Positions 8,799 to 16,943 of a stretch of DNA of 23,605 nt are shown one piece after another. Location: positions 1 to 23,605 of the forward strand of contig JBGTHM010000112.1 of NCBI GenBank assembly GCA_041746255.1, written 5' to 3'. Within the stretch, counting starts at the first letter, position 1; every line of letters begins with the position of its first letter. Origin of the DNA: Fibrobacteria bacterium. Its GTDB lineage: Bacteria; Fibrobacterota; Fibrobacteria; UBA11236. Made by a program: the position numbers and the translations under genes. The notes beneath the pieces are model-generated. The model was not told where the DNA came from. It ran no database searches and was given only the letters and a program-made list of their open reading frames with translations.

Positions 8799-9827
8799 TT
8801 AGGCGCCGCCCCCGTTGCCGTTGCGGTGGCGGCGCAGGGCCAGCCGGAGGATAAGGTCGATGAGCCTTGCATAATCCAACCCGGCTCGCTTCGCGCCCAT
8901 GGCGATTTCCTCATGGTCGGCGATGTCGGGATTGGGGTTGGCTTCCAAAACCACCACTTTGCCTTCGGGGGTTAAGCGCAAATCGATGCGGGCATAATCC
9001 TGCAATTGTAACAGCCGGAACACCTTGCGGCTGACGCGCGAAACCGCTTCCATGTCCTTGGGCGAAAGCTCTCCCGGCTCGAAACGAATCCCCCATTTAT
9101 CCTGGTAGTCTTTGTCCCACTTAACGCGATAGGTGGCGAGAACGGGTCCGCCGCTCTCGGAATTCCCGAAGCGCAATTCCACGGGAGGAAGGACTTTCAG
9201 GCGTTTGTTCCCCACGATGCCCACATAGATTTCGCGGCCCTCCACGTATTCCTCGGCGATGGCCGGCTGGTGAAAACGCTCATGCATTTGTTTGGCCCGC
9301 TCGCGCAATTCCTCTTCGCTGCGCACCAGCGAGGCGTTGGAAATTCCTTCGGACCCGTCGGTGGAAAGCGGCTTGACCACCAGGGGGTATTTCAAATGCC
9401 GTGGAATACGTACGCCGTTCCCGGGAGGAATTACGATGAAAACCGGAACGCGGATTTTGCGGGTGCTGAGCAATTGTTTGCAAAGGCCTTTATCGCGGCA
9501 AAGAAGCAATCCGGCCGAACCCGAGCCAGTAAAAGGAATATCCAGCAATTCCAACAGCCCGGCAATATTCTGATCGAGCATGCGGTTGTTGCGGAACTGT
9601 TCCATCAAATTGAAAATGATATCCGGACGGTTTTCCTTAACGGAGTCGAGGAGGGGTTCGATAGTGTCGTACAGTCCCACTACCGATACCTGATGTTTAA
9701 GGTTCCTTAAGGCGTTGCAGACATAGTATTCCGCCAGCTTGCCGCCTTCGCCTGAGGTAAAATCGGGATCGGCCGGTTGAATGGTGACTTCATCCACCAG
9801 TACCAAGACATGTAACTTCTTCTTCAC
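8799..9827 (-). CDS. D-Ala-D-Ala ligase-like ATP-grasp ligase (non-canonical Ddl paralogue)
   Basis: GLLELLDIPFTGSG, DKGLCK, PLVVKP..DGSEGI, EEYVEGREI, YARIDLR, LEANPNPD. Lacks the N-terminal GGxSxE motif of housekeeping Ddl. GTG 9827 preferred (7 bp after the upstream stop). Confidence 0.85.
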   Translation of the reverse strand: MKKKLHVLVLVDEVTIQPADPDFTSGEGGKLAEYYVCNALRNLKHQVSVVGLYDTIEPLLDSVKENRPDIIFNLMEQFRNNRMLDQNIAGLLELLDIPFTGSGSAGLLLCRDKGLCKQLLSTRKIRVPVFIVIPPGNGVRIPRHLKYPLVVKPLSTDGSEGISNASLVRSEEELRERAKQMHERFHQPAIAEEYVEGREIYVGIVGNKRLKVLPPVELRFGNSESGGPVLATYRVKWDKDYQDKWGIRFEPGELSPKDMEAVSRVSRKVFRLLQLQDYARIDLRLTPEGKVVVLEANPNPDIADHEEIAMGAKRAGLDYARLIDLILRLALRRHRNGNGGGA

Positions 9828-9834
9828 TTTTCCA

Positions 9835-10899
9835 TTACCTACGATTATGGTCCCCATTGAATCGACGCATGCTGGCCATGATGGCCGTGATATAGGCCGT
9901 GAGTTCGACCAGGGTTTCGTTTTCAGATTTATGTACGTAGAGATCAAGATCTTCGCATCGGGCCATGAGCTTGCGCGCGAGTTTGTCGATGTCGAATTTG
10001 CGTTGCGGTATGAAAGCGTTGATTACTTTCACCAGATTCCGCCGGTGGAGGCGCAAAAAGCGCACGGCTTTGGCCTCTTTCAATTGTTTGGGGGTCTTTC
10101 CCGCGTCGCCCGTGGGCGCCTGGGTAGTGAAGATGCGCAAGAGGCCGCGGTCGTAGTAACCGGGAAACTCCCCTCCCAAAGAGCGCTTCTTGCGCTCGTA
10201 AAACCCAGCCAGGGTAATGGTCATTTTATCGGCGGCCCAGGAAAAATCGCGCGTGGTGACCACGGGCGGCTTGGGGCCGAATTCTTTCATCACCTTGTCT
10301 ACGTATTGCAGCTTTTTAAAGGCGGGCCAGTCTTTATACCGCTCCTGCCAATCGCTTCCGGGCGCGAGCCACACGGCGAAGGTTTCGGCCCAGTCCTCGT
10401 CGGGATGCGCTTGGGCATAATTGTCCTCAAGATGTACTACGAAGCGTTTGGAGTAGGGCTTAGCGTCGTAGGTCACATCGTAATATTCGGTGGTGAAGGG
10501 GCCGAAGAGCTCGCGCCAACGGGTCCGTTTGTGAATGAGGTAGGCGGAGTTGAGCGCGTGCCCGCTTTCGTGGCGCAGCAATTTGAGGCACCAGGGTTCG
10601 GTCTCGCCTTCAGCTTCAAGCATCATTTTCTTTTCCAGCTGGATAAGCCGGGGATGAGCCAGAAAAAAAGGAATGCCGATATTGGGAACCTTATCGGGGC
10701 AAAGCCATTCATCGGCGAGATAACACGGAGGTTTGAAGCTAATGCCGCGTGCCTCCAACTCGGAGTGGAAAAGCGCGATGCGCTCTTCGAGTACGGTGCC
10801 TTCGATGCGAACGCCCAAGTCACGGACGCGCAGTTTTAGTAATTCCTCGTCGGGGAGGTTTTCCCAATCGGCGGGTTTCAAGCGACGGCGTTGTGCCAT
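9835..10899 (-). CDS. Putative zinc-binding metallopeptidase (Peptidase_Mx-like)
   Basis: LRHESGH (HExxH) plus YAQAHPDEDWAETFAVWL and KKLQYVD family signatures. Confidence 0.85.
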   Translation of the reverse strand: MAQRRRLKPADWENLPDEELLKLRVRDLGVRIEGTVLEERIALFHSELEARGISFKPPCYLADEWLCPDKVPNIGIPFFLAHPRLIQLEKKMMLEAEGETEPWCLKLLRHESGHALNSAYLIHKRTRWRELFGPFTTEYYDVTYDAKPYSKRFVVHLEDNYAQAHPDEDWAETFAVWLAPGSDWQERYKDWPAFKKLQYVDKVMKEFGPKPPVVTTRDFSWAADKMTITLAGFYERKKRSLGGEFPGYYDRGLLRIFTTQAPTGDAGKTPKQLKEAKAVRFLRLHRRNLVKVINAFIPQRKFDIDKLARKLMARCEDLDLYVHKSENETLVELTAYITAIMASMRRFNGDHNRR

Positions 10900-10923
10900 A
10901 TTATCTCACGCGGCCTTCGGGGT

Positions 10924-11322
10924 TTATTCCAGAGAGAGAGTGAAACCGGGAAGCCCTAGGCGTTGGGGCAGTGTTTCTTGAAATGGAACCAGCAATTTCC
11001 GGGCATACCGGCCAAAGGCGGTGGACTTTCCGTAAAAACGGATTTTTCTTTCATGCGGAAGCGCGGCATAATAACCGCCGCCTTTGACGGACCAGCCTTG
11101 GGTTTCAATGCGGCAATTGGGGCCGGCGAGCATTTCCACCCGGGCTAAACCTTCTTGTTCCAAATACAAGCCGACGATATTCGCGTGGTAAGGAGTTCGG
11201 GCGATGGGCGACAAAACGACATGCAAATCCGCTCCGTTCAAAATGCACACGAATTTACCTTCGCCGCCCAGGGGATCGAGCAATGGGACAACTGCTTTTG
11301 CGATGAGATTAAGGGAGTTCAA
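10924..11322 (-). CDS. Small protein (132 aa) resembling the PHPT1/Janus/Ocnus phosphohistidine phosphatase family
   Basis: TTG start overlaps the hldE stop (TTGA). Motifs GEGKFVCI, PYHANIV and KGGGYY..RKIRFYGKSTAFG parallel PHPT1 GVFKYVLI, EYHADIY and LGGGRI..KKIHVYGYSMAYG (reference recalled from memory). Confidence 0.7.
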   Translation of the reverse strand: MNSLNLIAKAVVPLLDPLGGEGKFVCILNGADLHVVLSPIARTPYHANIVGLYLEQEGLARVEMLAGPNCRIETQGWSVKGGGYYAALPHERKIRFYGKSTAFGRYARKLLVPFQETLPQRLGLPGFTLSLE

Positions 11323-12767
11323 TTCGCACCGTTGGACTGAATCCGCGTTAAGACATCGGAAGTGGAAAGACCGGGAATTTTCTCTACGATATGGATGCGG
11401 CCCCCGTAACTTTGGACGGTAGCGGCTTCGATGCAATCCTCACCGTATTCGGATCCATTGACATGCACATGGGGTTTGAGTTCCGCCAAAAAAGGCATGG
11501 GAACGTCTTCATCGAAAACATGCACAAAATCGACCGCCCGCAGGGCCAGGAGCATATGCGCCCGATGGTTTTCAGCGATGATAGGGCGATTTTCACCTTT
11601 GTAGCGCTTGACCGACGCATCACTGTTTAAACCTACCACCAAAACATCCCCTTGGCTTTTGGCGGTTTCCAAAATATGTAAGTGGCCGGCGTGAAGGAGA
11701 TCGAAAGAACCGTTGAGTGAAACGATGGTTTTACCTTGCGAGCGAAGGCGCTGGGAAAGGGGGGCAAGTGCGGCCCGGCCAAGCAAGCGGCTTTCCGGTC
11801 CGCCATCGTCGGTTAATTCTTCCGGGGTAACCGTGGCGGTTCCCAGTTTCGCCACCACGATGCCGGCCGCCCGGTTGGCCAATGCCATGGCGTCGCCGTC
11901 GGCAAGCCCGGCGCCCTTGGCCAAGGCGAAGGCCGCCACTACGGTATCGCCCGCCCCGCTCACGTCGAAAACTTCGCGAGCTGCCGTGGGAATGCGGAAT
12001 TTTTCCACCTCGGTTCCCCGGGCATGAAAAAAAGCCATGCCGGCCGATCCCAGGGTCATTAAGATACGTGCTTCCAGCCGTTCGCTCAGCACGGGTCCAA
12101 TGGCATCCACCTCCGCGTCGGACATGGGACCGACTACTTTGCCCAGCAATTCCTGAGCTTCCTTCCAGTTGGGAGTCAAATAGGAGCTACCCCGGTAATA
12201 ATCGAAATGTTGGGGGCGCGGATCGACGATGACGATTTTTCCGGCTTTTTTGCAAGCGCTGATAAGGGCCTGGCAGAGTGATCGGGTCAAGAACCCCTTG
12301 GCATAGTCGGAAATGACCACAACCTGGGCTTGGGGAAGCTGCTTTTCGAAGGCGCGGTAAATTTTCTTTTCCGAGGCGGTATTGACCGAGTGAACTTGTT
12401 CATAATCCAACCGCAGGAGCTGTTGCCTCTGCCCCAACAACCGGGTTTTCTTAATGGTGGGCCGTCCGTCAAAAATGGGCGTAAATGCAATACCTTGATG
12501 GGAGGCTAGTTCTTTGAATTCGACCCCATGCGAGTCTTCGCCGATAAGGCCGATAAGATGGGTTTTTCCGCCCAGAGAGGCGATATTGGCGGCTGTGTTG
12601 GCTGCGCCCCCCAACACCCGGCGGGTGGAGGTGACGGCGAGGATGGGAACGGGAGCCTCCGGCGAGATTCGGGTGCAGTCGCCGCTCAAATATTCATCCA
12701 AAAACACATCGCCCATCACCAGGATGTGTAGGTTTCGAAAGCGCTCGACAGTCTCGCTCAGGTGCAT
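11319..12767 (-). CDS. hldE: Bifunctional D-glycero-beta-D-manno-heptose-7-phosphate kinase / heptose-1-phosphate adenylyltransferase
   Basis: RISPEAPVP, GGAANTAANI, SDYAKG, DVSGAGDTV (PfkB kinase); NGSFDLLHAGH, VGLNSDASV (nucleotidyltransferase). Confidence 0.96.
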   Translation of the reverse strand: MHLSETVERFRNLHILVMGDVFLDEYLSGDCTRISPEAPVPILAVTSTRRVLGGAANTAANIASLGGKTHLIGLIGEDSHGVEFKELASHQGIAFTPIFDGRPTIKKTRLLGQRQQLLRLDYEQVHSVNTASEKKIYRAFEKQLPQAQVVVISDYAKGFLTRSLCQALISACKKAGKIVIVDPRPQHFDYYRGSSYLTPNWKEAQELLGKVVGPMSDAEVDAIGPVLSERLEARILMTLGSAGMAFFHARGTEVEKFRIPTAAREVFDVSGAGDTVVAAFALAKGAGLADGDAMALANRAAGIVVAKLGTATVTPEELTDDGGPESRLLGRAALAPLSQRLRSQGKTIVSLNGSFDLLHAGHLHILETAKSQGDVLVVGLNSDASVKRYKGENRPIIAENHRAHMLLALRAVDFVHVFDEDVPMPFLAELKPHVHVNGSEYGEDCIEAATVQSYGGRIHIVEKIPGLSTSDVLTRIQSNGAN

Positions 12768-12831
12768 GGCTCTCCCGCTATTCTAGTACTTTCAAAGGGG
12801 TCGAAAGCGAAAATCCAGCCCCAGGATCTAC

Positions 12832-12858
12832 AAAAAAAGCCCCCTTTTGGGGGCTTTT
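12832..12858 (-). terminator. Rho-independent terminator downstream of the sigma factor gene
   Basis: Stem AAAAGCCCCC / GGGGGCTTTT with 4-nt loop; U7 tract on the minus strand (A12832-12838). Confidence 0.85.
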
Positions 12859-12908
12859 GAGATTTTGGGGTTAGGGTTCCGGGTCCCGCTAGAAAGAAAT
12901 TTCCACCA

Positions 12909-13766
12909 TCAGGCGGCTTGCGCCAATTCCTGGGACTCTTCCATGGCTCGCAAGTTGGCGAGGCCCTTTTCCTTGATTTGTCGGACACGTTCTTTGGAAA
13001 GCCCGATGATTTCGCCGATTTCCTCCAGATTGAGAGCCTGGTGGTAATTGATGCCGAAATACATGCTGAGCACGGTCTTTTCCTGATCGTTCAGTCTATC
13101 CAGCAGCGAAGTGATGAACTTCTGGCTGGATTTCTGTACGGTCAGCAAATCCGGAGCTTCGGTATGTTTATCCTCGATGACGTCCACGAGCGAAGCGCTG
13201 TCTTCGCTGTTGATGGAATCGTCCAGCGAGGCATGTCGCATTCCCATTTCCATGATTTTCTCGATTTGGCGGCCGGTATAACCCATTTTCTTGCCTAGCG
13301 CAGTGGTGTCCACCTGCGTTCCGCCGCCAATGACTTGGCGCATATTCACATTGTGCTTCGAGAATCGGCGCAAAATCAGTTCTTTTTCCGCGGAAATGCG
13401 CACCATACGGGCGCGCTCCGCAATGGCGCGGGTAATGGCCTGACGAATCCACCAAACGGCATAGGAAATGAATTTCAGCTTGCGGTTCACATCAAAGCGC
13501 TTCGCGGCCTCAATGAGCCCGATATTGCCTTCGTTGATGAGTTCGGGCAGCGAAAACCCCTGATTCTTATACATGAATGCCACATTGATAACGAACTTCA
13601 AATTGGCGCATACCAGATGGTGGAGGGCTTTTTGATCACCCGTTTGAATGCGCCTCAACAAGTGGACCTCCTGATCCTTGGTCAGAAGTGGATATCGGCT
13701 GATATCCTTGATATATTGGTAATACAGCGAGGCGCCGTCCCAAGATTCGGTTACATGCTGGGTCAT
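12909..13766 (-). CDS. RpoD/SigA-family sigma-70 factor, short form lacking region 1.1
   Basis: Region 1.2 YIKDISRYPLLT; region 2 ELINEGNIGLIEAAKRFD..KFISYAVWWIRQAI; region 4 LEEIGEIIGLSKERVRQIKEK. Confidence 0.93.
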   Translation of the reverse strand: MTQHVTESWDGASLYYQYIKDISRYPLLTKDQEVHLLRRIQTGDQKALHHLVCANLKFVINVAFMYKNQGFSLPELINEGNIGLIEAAKRFDVNRKLKFISYAVWWIRQAITRAIAERARMVRISAEKELILRRFSKHNVNMRQVIGGGTQVDTTALGKKMGYTGRQIEKIMEMGMRHASLDDSINSEDSASLVDVIEDKHTEAPDLLTVQKSSQKFITSLLDRLNDQEKTVLSMYFGINYHQALNLEEIGEIIGLSKERVRQIKEKGLANLRAMEESQELAQAA

Positions 13767-14039
13767 TTACTGCCTTCCTTCCTCTGCAAAAAACAAAATC
13801 GTCGCTTTCATCTGATTCAATAATAAGGTATCCGGAAGGCCGGTGTGTCATGGTTGTGTCATGCGAGGGCACTTTTTCATGTAAGGCCTGATGCAGTCGC
13901 CGGTTGGCGAAATTGGGGCAATTCGCCTCGAAGAGCCCTGAAGCCTTGGAGCGGCGGGGATGCGACTAACTTGCGCGACGGAAAAATTCCTATTATTTCA
14001 CCTCCTTAAAAGCCTTTATAACAGCTGCTCGGAGATCAT

Positions 14040-16376
14040 GTGAAGTACGCCGAAATTATCGCCCTGGAAATCAAAGCCAAACCGGACCAAGTGCGCAATA
14101 CTCTTGCCCTTTTCGACCAGGGATCCACCGTTCCCTTCATAACCCGTTACCGCAAAGAGGTCACGGGCTCGCTGGACGAAACGCAAATCCGGACCATTGA
14201 AGAGCGCTACGCCTATTTCAAGGAATTGGAAGAGCGTCGTGCCACCGTTCTGAAAAGCATCGAGGCGCAGGGAAAGCTCACCGACGAGCTGAAGGCGAAA
14301 ATCGAAGGCGCCCAAGACAAGGTCACTTTGGAAGATTTGTACCTCCCCTTCAAACCCAAGCGCCGCACCAAGGCCATGATTGCCCGCGAGGCCGGTTTGG
14401 AACCCCTGGCGCGCATTCTGGAAGCGCAGGAAAAGACCGATAACACTCCGGAGCAACTGGCAGGGCCTTATGTGAATCCCGAAGCAAATGTGGCCGATGC
14501 GGCCGCGGCCTTGCAGGGGGCGCTCGACATCCTGGCCGAAGAGTTCGCGGAGAATCCCGAAGTGAGGCAATACTTGCGCGAAGCCGCGTTGAAAACCGGC
14601 CTCTTCGCCAGCAAGGTGCGCAAGGAATTCGAAGGCAAGCGCAGCAAATTCGAGATGTACTATGCCTTGAGCGAAAAGGTGAGTGCGCTCCCTTCGCACC
14701 GTATTCTAGCGATGCGCCGCGGTGAAAAAGAAAACGTACTTTCCACCGAATTGGTTTTGAACGACGAGAAATATGTAGAAGAATTTGCCGGGCGGGTGAT
14801 TAAGTCGGGCTCGCCTTTTCGTACCGACCTGGAACGCATGGTCAAAGACGCCTATCATCGGCTTTTGAAACCGGCCATCGAAACCGAAGTGCGGCTTCAC
14901 CTTAAAGAGAAGGCCGAAGCGGAGTCTTACCAGGTTTTCGGTAAGAACCTGACGCAAGTGCTGTTGGCCCCACCGGCGGGCTCGAAAGTCGTAATGGGAG
15001 TGGACCCGGGTTTCCGTACGGGGGTCAAGCTGGCGGTAGTGGACGAAACCGGCAAGATGCTGGAGCATCGCACCATCTATCCCATGCCTCCTCAAAAACA
15101 AACCGACGCCTCCAAAACCATCCTCTCGGCCATGGTCGAAAGTTTCAAAGTCGGCATCATCGCCATCGGCAACGGAACCGCTTCGCGCGAGGTGGACGAA
15201 TTCATCCAGGATGCGCTGACGGGAATGGAAAATCCACCCATTAAAGTGGTGGTGAGCGAAGCCGGAGCTTCGGTTTATTCGGTATCGCCCCAGGCCGGGA
15301 AGGAATTCCCCAATCTCGACGCCACCATTCGCAGCGCCATTTCCATAGCGCGCCGTATTCAGGACCCCTTGGCGGAATTGGTGAAAATCGATCCCAAGTC
15401 CATCGGCGTGGGCCAATACCAGCACGACGTGAACCAAAGCGAACTCAAGCGCAAGCTGGAGCAAACCGTGGAAAGCTGCGTGAACCGGGTCGGCGTGGAC
15501 GTCAACTCGGCGAGCGAAGCCTTGCTGTCCTACGTGGCCGGCATCAACCGGGCCTTGGCGAAAAGCATTTTCGAATACCGCAACCAACACGGCGCCTTTC
15601 CCTCACGGTCGAGCCTGGTGAAGGTGCCCTTGTTCGGGCCCAAAGCCTTTGAGCAGGCGGCGGGATTTTTGCGCGTGCAAGGCTCCGACAATGTGCTCGA
15701 CGCTTCGGCGGTACACCCCGAACGCTATGAGTTGGTGAAACGGATCAGCGACGATTTGGGAGTTCCCGTAAAGGAGCTGGTCGGAAACAAGGAGACTATC
15801 GCCAAAATAGACGTGAACAAATTCGTCAGCGACGAAGTGGGCTTGCCCACCTTGATGGACATCATCGAGGAATTGGAAAAACCCAACCGCGATCCGCGCG
15901 CGCAATTCTCTTATGCCCGCTTCGATGCGAAGGTCCAAGACCTGAAAGACTTGCAAAAAGGCATGTGGCTGGAAGGCGTGGTCACCAACCTCACCAATTT
16001 CGGCGCTTTCGTGGACATCGGCGTGCATCAAGACGGGTTGGTTCACATTTCCGAATTGGCGGATAAATTCGTGGACGACCCGACGAAAATTTTCACCACC
16101 GGCATGATAGTGAATGTTCGGGTATTGGACGTCGATGTGCAGCAAAAACGCATTTCCCTGTCCATGAAAAAAGAACAGGCGGAAGGAAAGACTCCGGAGA
16201 AGAGCCAGCCCGGTCAAGGCCGCGGCGCGCAGAAGGGTAACCGGCCGCAAAGACCGAAACAACCCAAAGCCACGGTGGATCAATTGCTCTCGAAATTCCA
16301 GGGTGACGACAAGAAAAAGCAGAACAATGTGAAGCTGCAATTCTCCCTGAAATCGCTTATGCGCAGCGGGCGATAG
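14040..16376 (+). CDS. tex: Tex family RNA-binding transcriptional accessory protein
   Basis: TVPFITRYRKEVTG, GVDPGFRTGVK, IAIGNGTASRE, DPKSIGVGQYQHDV, C-terminal S1 domain FGAFVDIGVHQDGLVHISE. Confidence 0.96.
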   Translation: MKYAEIIALEIKAKPDQVRNTLALFDQGSTVPFITRYRKEVTGSLDETQIRTIEERYAYFKELEERRATVLKSIEAQGKLTDELKAKIEGAQDKVTLEDLYLPFKPKRRTKAMIAREAGLEPLARILEAQEKTDNTPEQLAGPYVNPEANVADAAAALQGALDILAEEFAENPEVRQYLREAALKTGLFASKVRKEFEGKRSKFEMYYALSEKVSALPSHRILAMRRGEKENVLSTELVLNDEKYVEEFAGRVIKSGSPFRTDLERMVKDAYHRLLKPAIETEVRLHLKEKAEAESYQVFGKNLTQVLLAPPAGSKVVMGVDPGFRTGVKLAVVDETGKMLEHRTIYPMPPQKQTDASKTILSAMVESFKVGIIAIGNGTASREVDEFIQDALTGMENPPIKVVVSEAGASVYSVSPQAGKEFPNLDATIRSAISIARRIQDPLAELVKIDPKSIGVGQYQHDVNQSELKRKLEQTVESCVNRVGVDVNSASEALLSYVAGINRALAKSIFEYRNQHGAFPSRSSLVKVPLFGPKAFEQAAGFLRVQGSDNVLDASAVHPERYELVKRISDDLGVPVKELVGNKETIAKIDVNKFVSDEVGLPTLMDIIEELEKPNRDPRAQFSYARFDAKVQDLKDLQKGMWLEGVVTNLTNFGAFVDIGVHQDGLVHISELADKFVDDPTKIFTTGMIVNVRVLDVDVQQKRISLSMKKEQAEGKTPEKSQPGQGRGAQKGNRPQRPKQPKATVDQLLSKFQGDDKKKQNNVKLQFSLKSLMRSGR

Positions 16377-16385
16377 TCTTTCCGA

Positions 16386-16414
16386 TTGCCACACGGTCGG
16401 GGACAAGTTAATTT
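16386..16414 (+). promoter_or_regulatory. sigma70-type promoter for tRNA-Met
   Basis: TTGCCA, 17 bp spacer, TAATTT, 16 bp upstream of the tRNA. Confidence 0.5.
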
Positions 16415-16430
16415 TGGTCTCCTCATTCGG

Positions 16431-16507
16431 GGCGGGTTAGCTCAGTTGGTTAGAGCAGCGGAATCATAATCCGCGTGTCCGGGGTTCAAATCCCTGACCC
16501 GCTACCA
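16431..16507 (+). tRNA. tRNA-Met (CAT), elongator type
   Basis: Acceptor GGCGGGT/ACCCGCT, D-arm AGCTCAGTTGGTTAGAGC, anticodon stem GCGGA/TCCGC with loop ATCATAA, T-loop GTTCAAATC, encoded CCA. Confidence 0.95.
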
Positions 16508-16524
16508 TTTTCAGTCCTTTCAGC

Positions 16525-16938
16525 ATGACAAAATCCATTCTCATTCGCCTCCTCCTGCTTGCCGTAGCTCTGGTCGGCCTATTCAGTTTCAGTGGCTGCC
16601 AAAAAGAAGCGGAGAAGGCGCCGGAAGCTCCGAAGGAGTTCAGCCCGCCTGTAGACGGAAAAGTGGGTGCGGAAAAAGTGAAGCAATTTCTGCTGACTCA
16701 CGAAGCGTTGACGGAAGTGAGCGCGCACTTTCTCGCGGATTGGGACGGTGCTTCATCGGAAGCCGCCCACCGGATTCGCGGGGCGCTGGAAATCGCTCGC
16801 GAAAAAGTGCCCCGTCGTTATGGTTTGAACGGATATGCAGAATACCACTGGTTGCTGACGGAGGCGCCGAAGAACGCCGCCAATGCGGCCCTCTTCGAAA
16901 AGCACGGGATCGGATTGATACCCTCCGACGCCCCGTAA
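16525..16938 (+). CDS. Hypothetical lipoprotein
   Basis: Basic N-terminus, hydrophobic stretch and lipobox-like FSGC followed by a charged linker; fills the gap between tRNA and fabV. Confidence 0.7.
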   Translation: MTKSILIRLLLLAVALVGLFSFSGCQKEAEKAPEAPKEFSPPVDGKVGAEKVKQFLLTHEALTEVSAHFLADWDGASSEAAHRIRGALEIAREKVPRRYGLNGYAEYHWLLTEAPKNAANAALFEKHGIGLIPSDAP

Positions 16939-16943
16939 ATCCC

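Noticed and set aside
8799..9947. Calling the ATP-grasp gene ddl, and its ORF-track start at 9947
   Set aside because: Lacks GGxSxE and ExNTxPG, not in a dcw cluster; the extended start overlaps the peptidase by 113 bp.
9781..10839. 352-aa + strand ORF antisense to the metallopeptidase
   Set aside because: No recognisable motifs; typical shadow frame of a GC-biased real gene on the opposite strand.
11323..11436. N-terminal extension of the 170-aa ORF
   Set aside because: Lies within the hldE coding sequence; the TTGA-coupled start at 11322 matches PHPT1 length.
16431..16507. tRNA-Ile2 or initiator fMet identity; tRNA as an integration site
   Set aside because: No C1:A72 mismatch or triple G-C anticodon stem; GGCGGG acceptor and A31-U39 favour elongator Met. 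No 3'-end duplicate or integrase seen.
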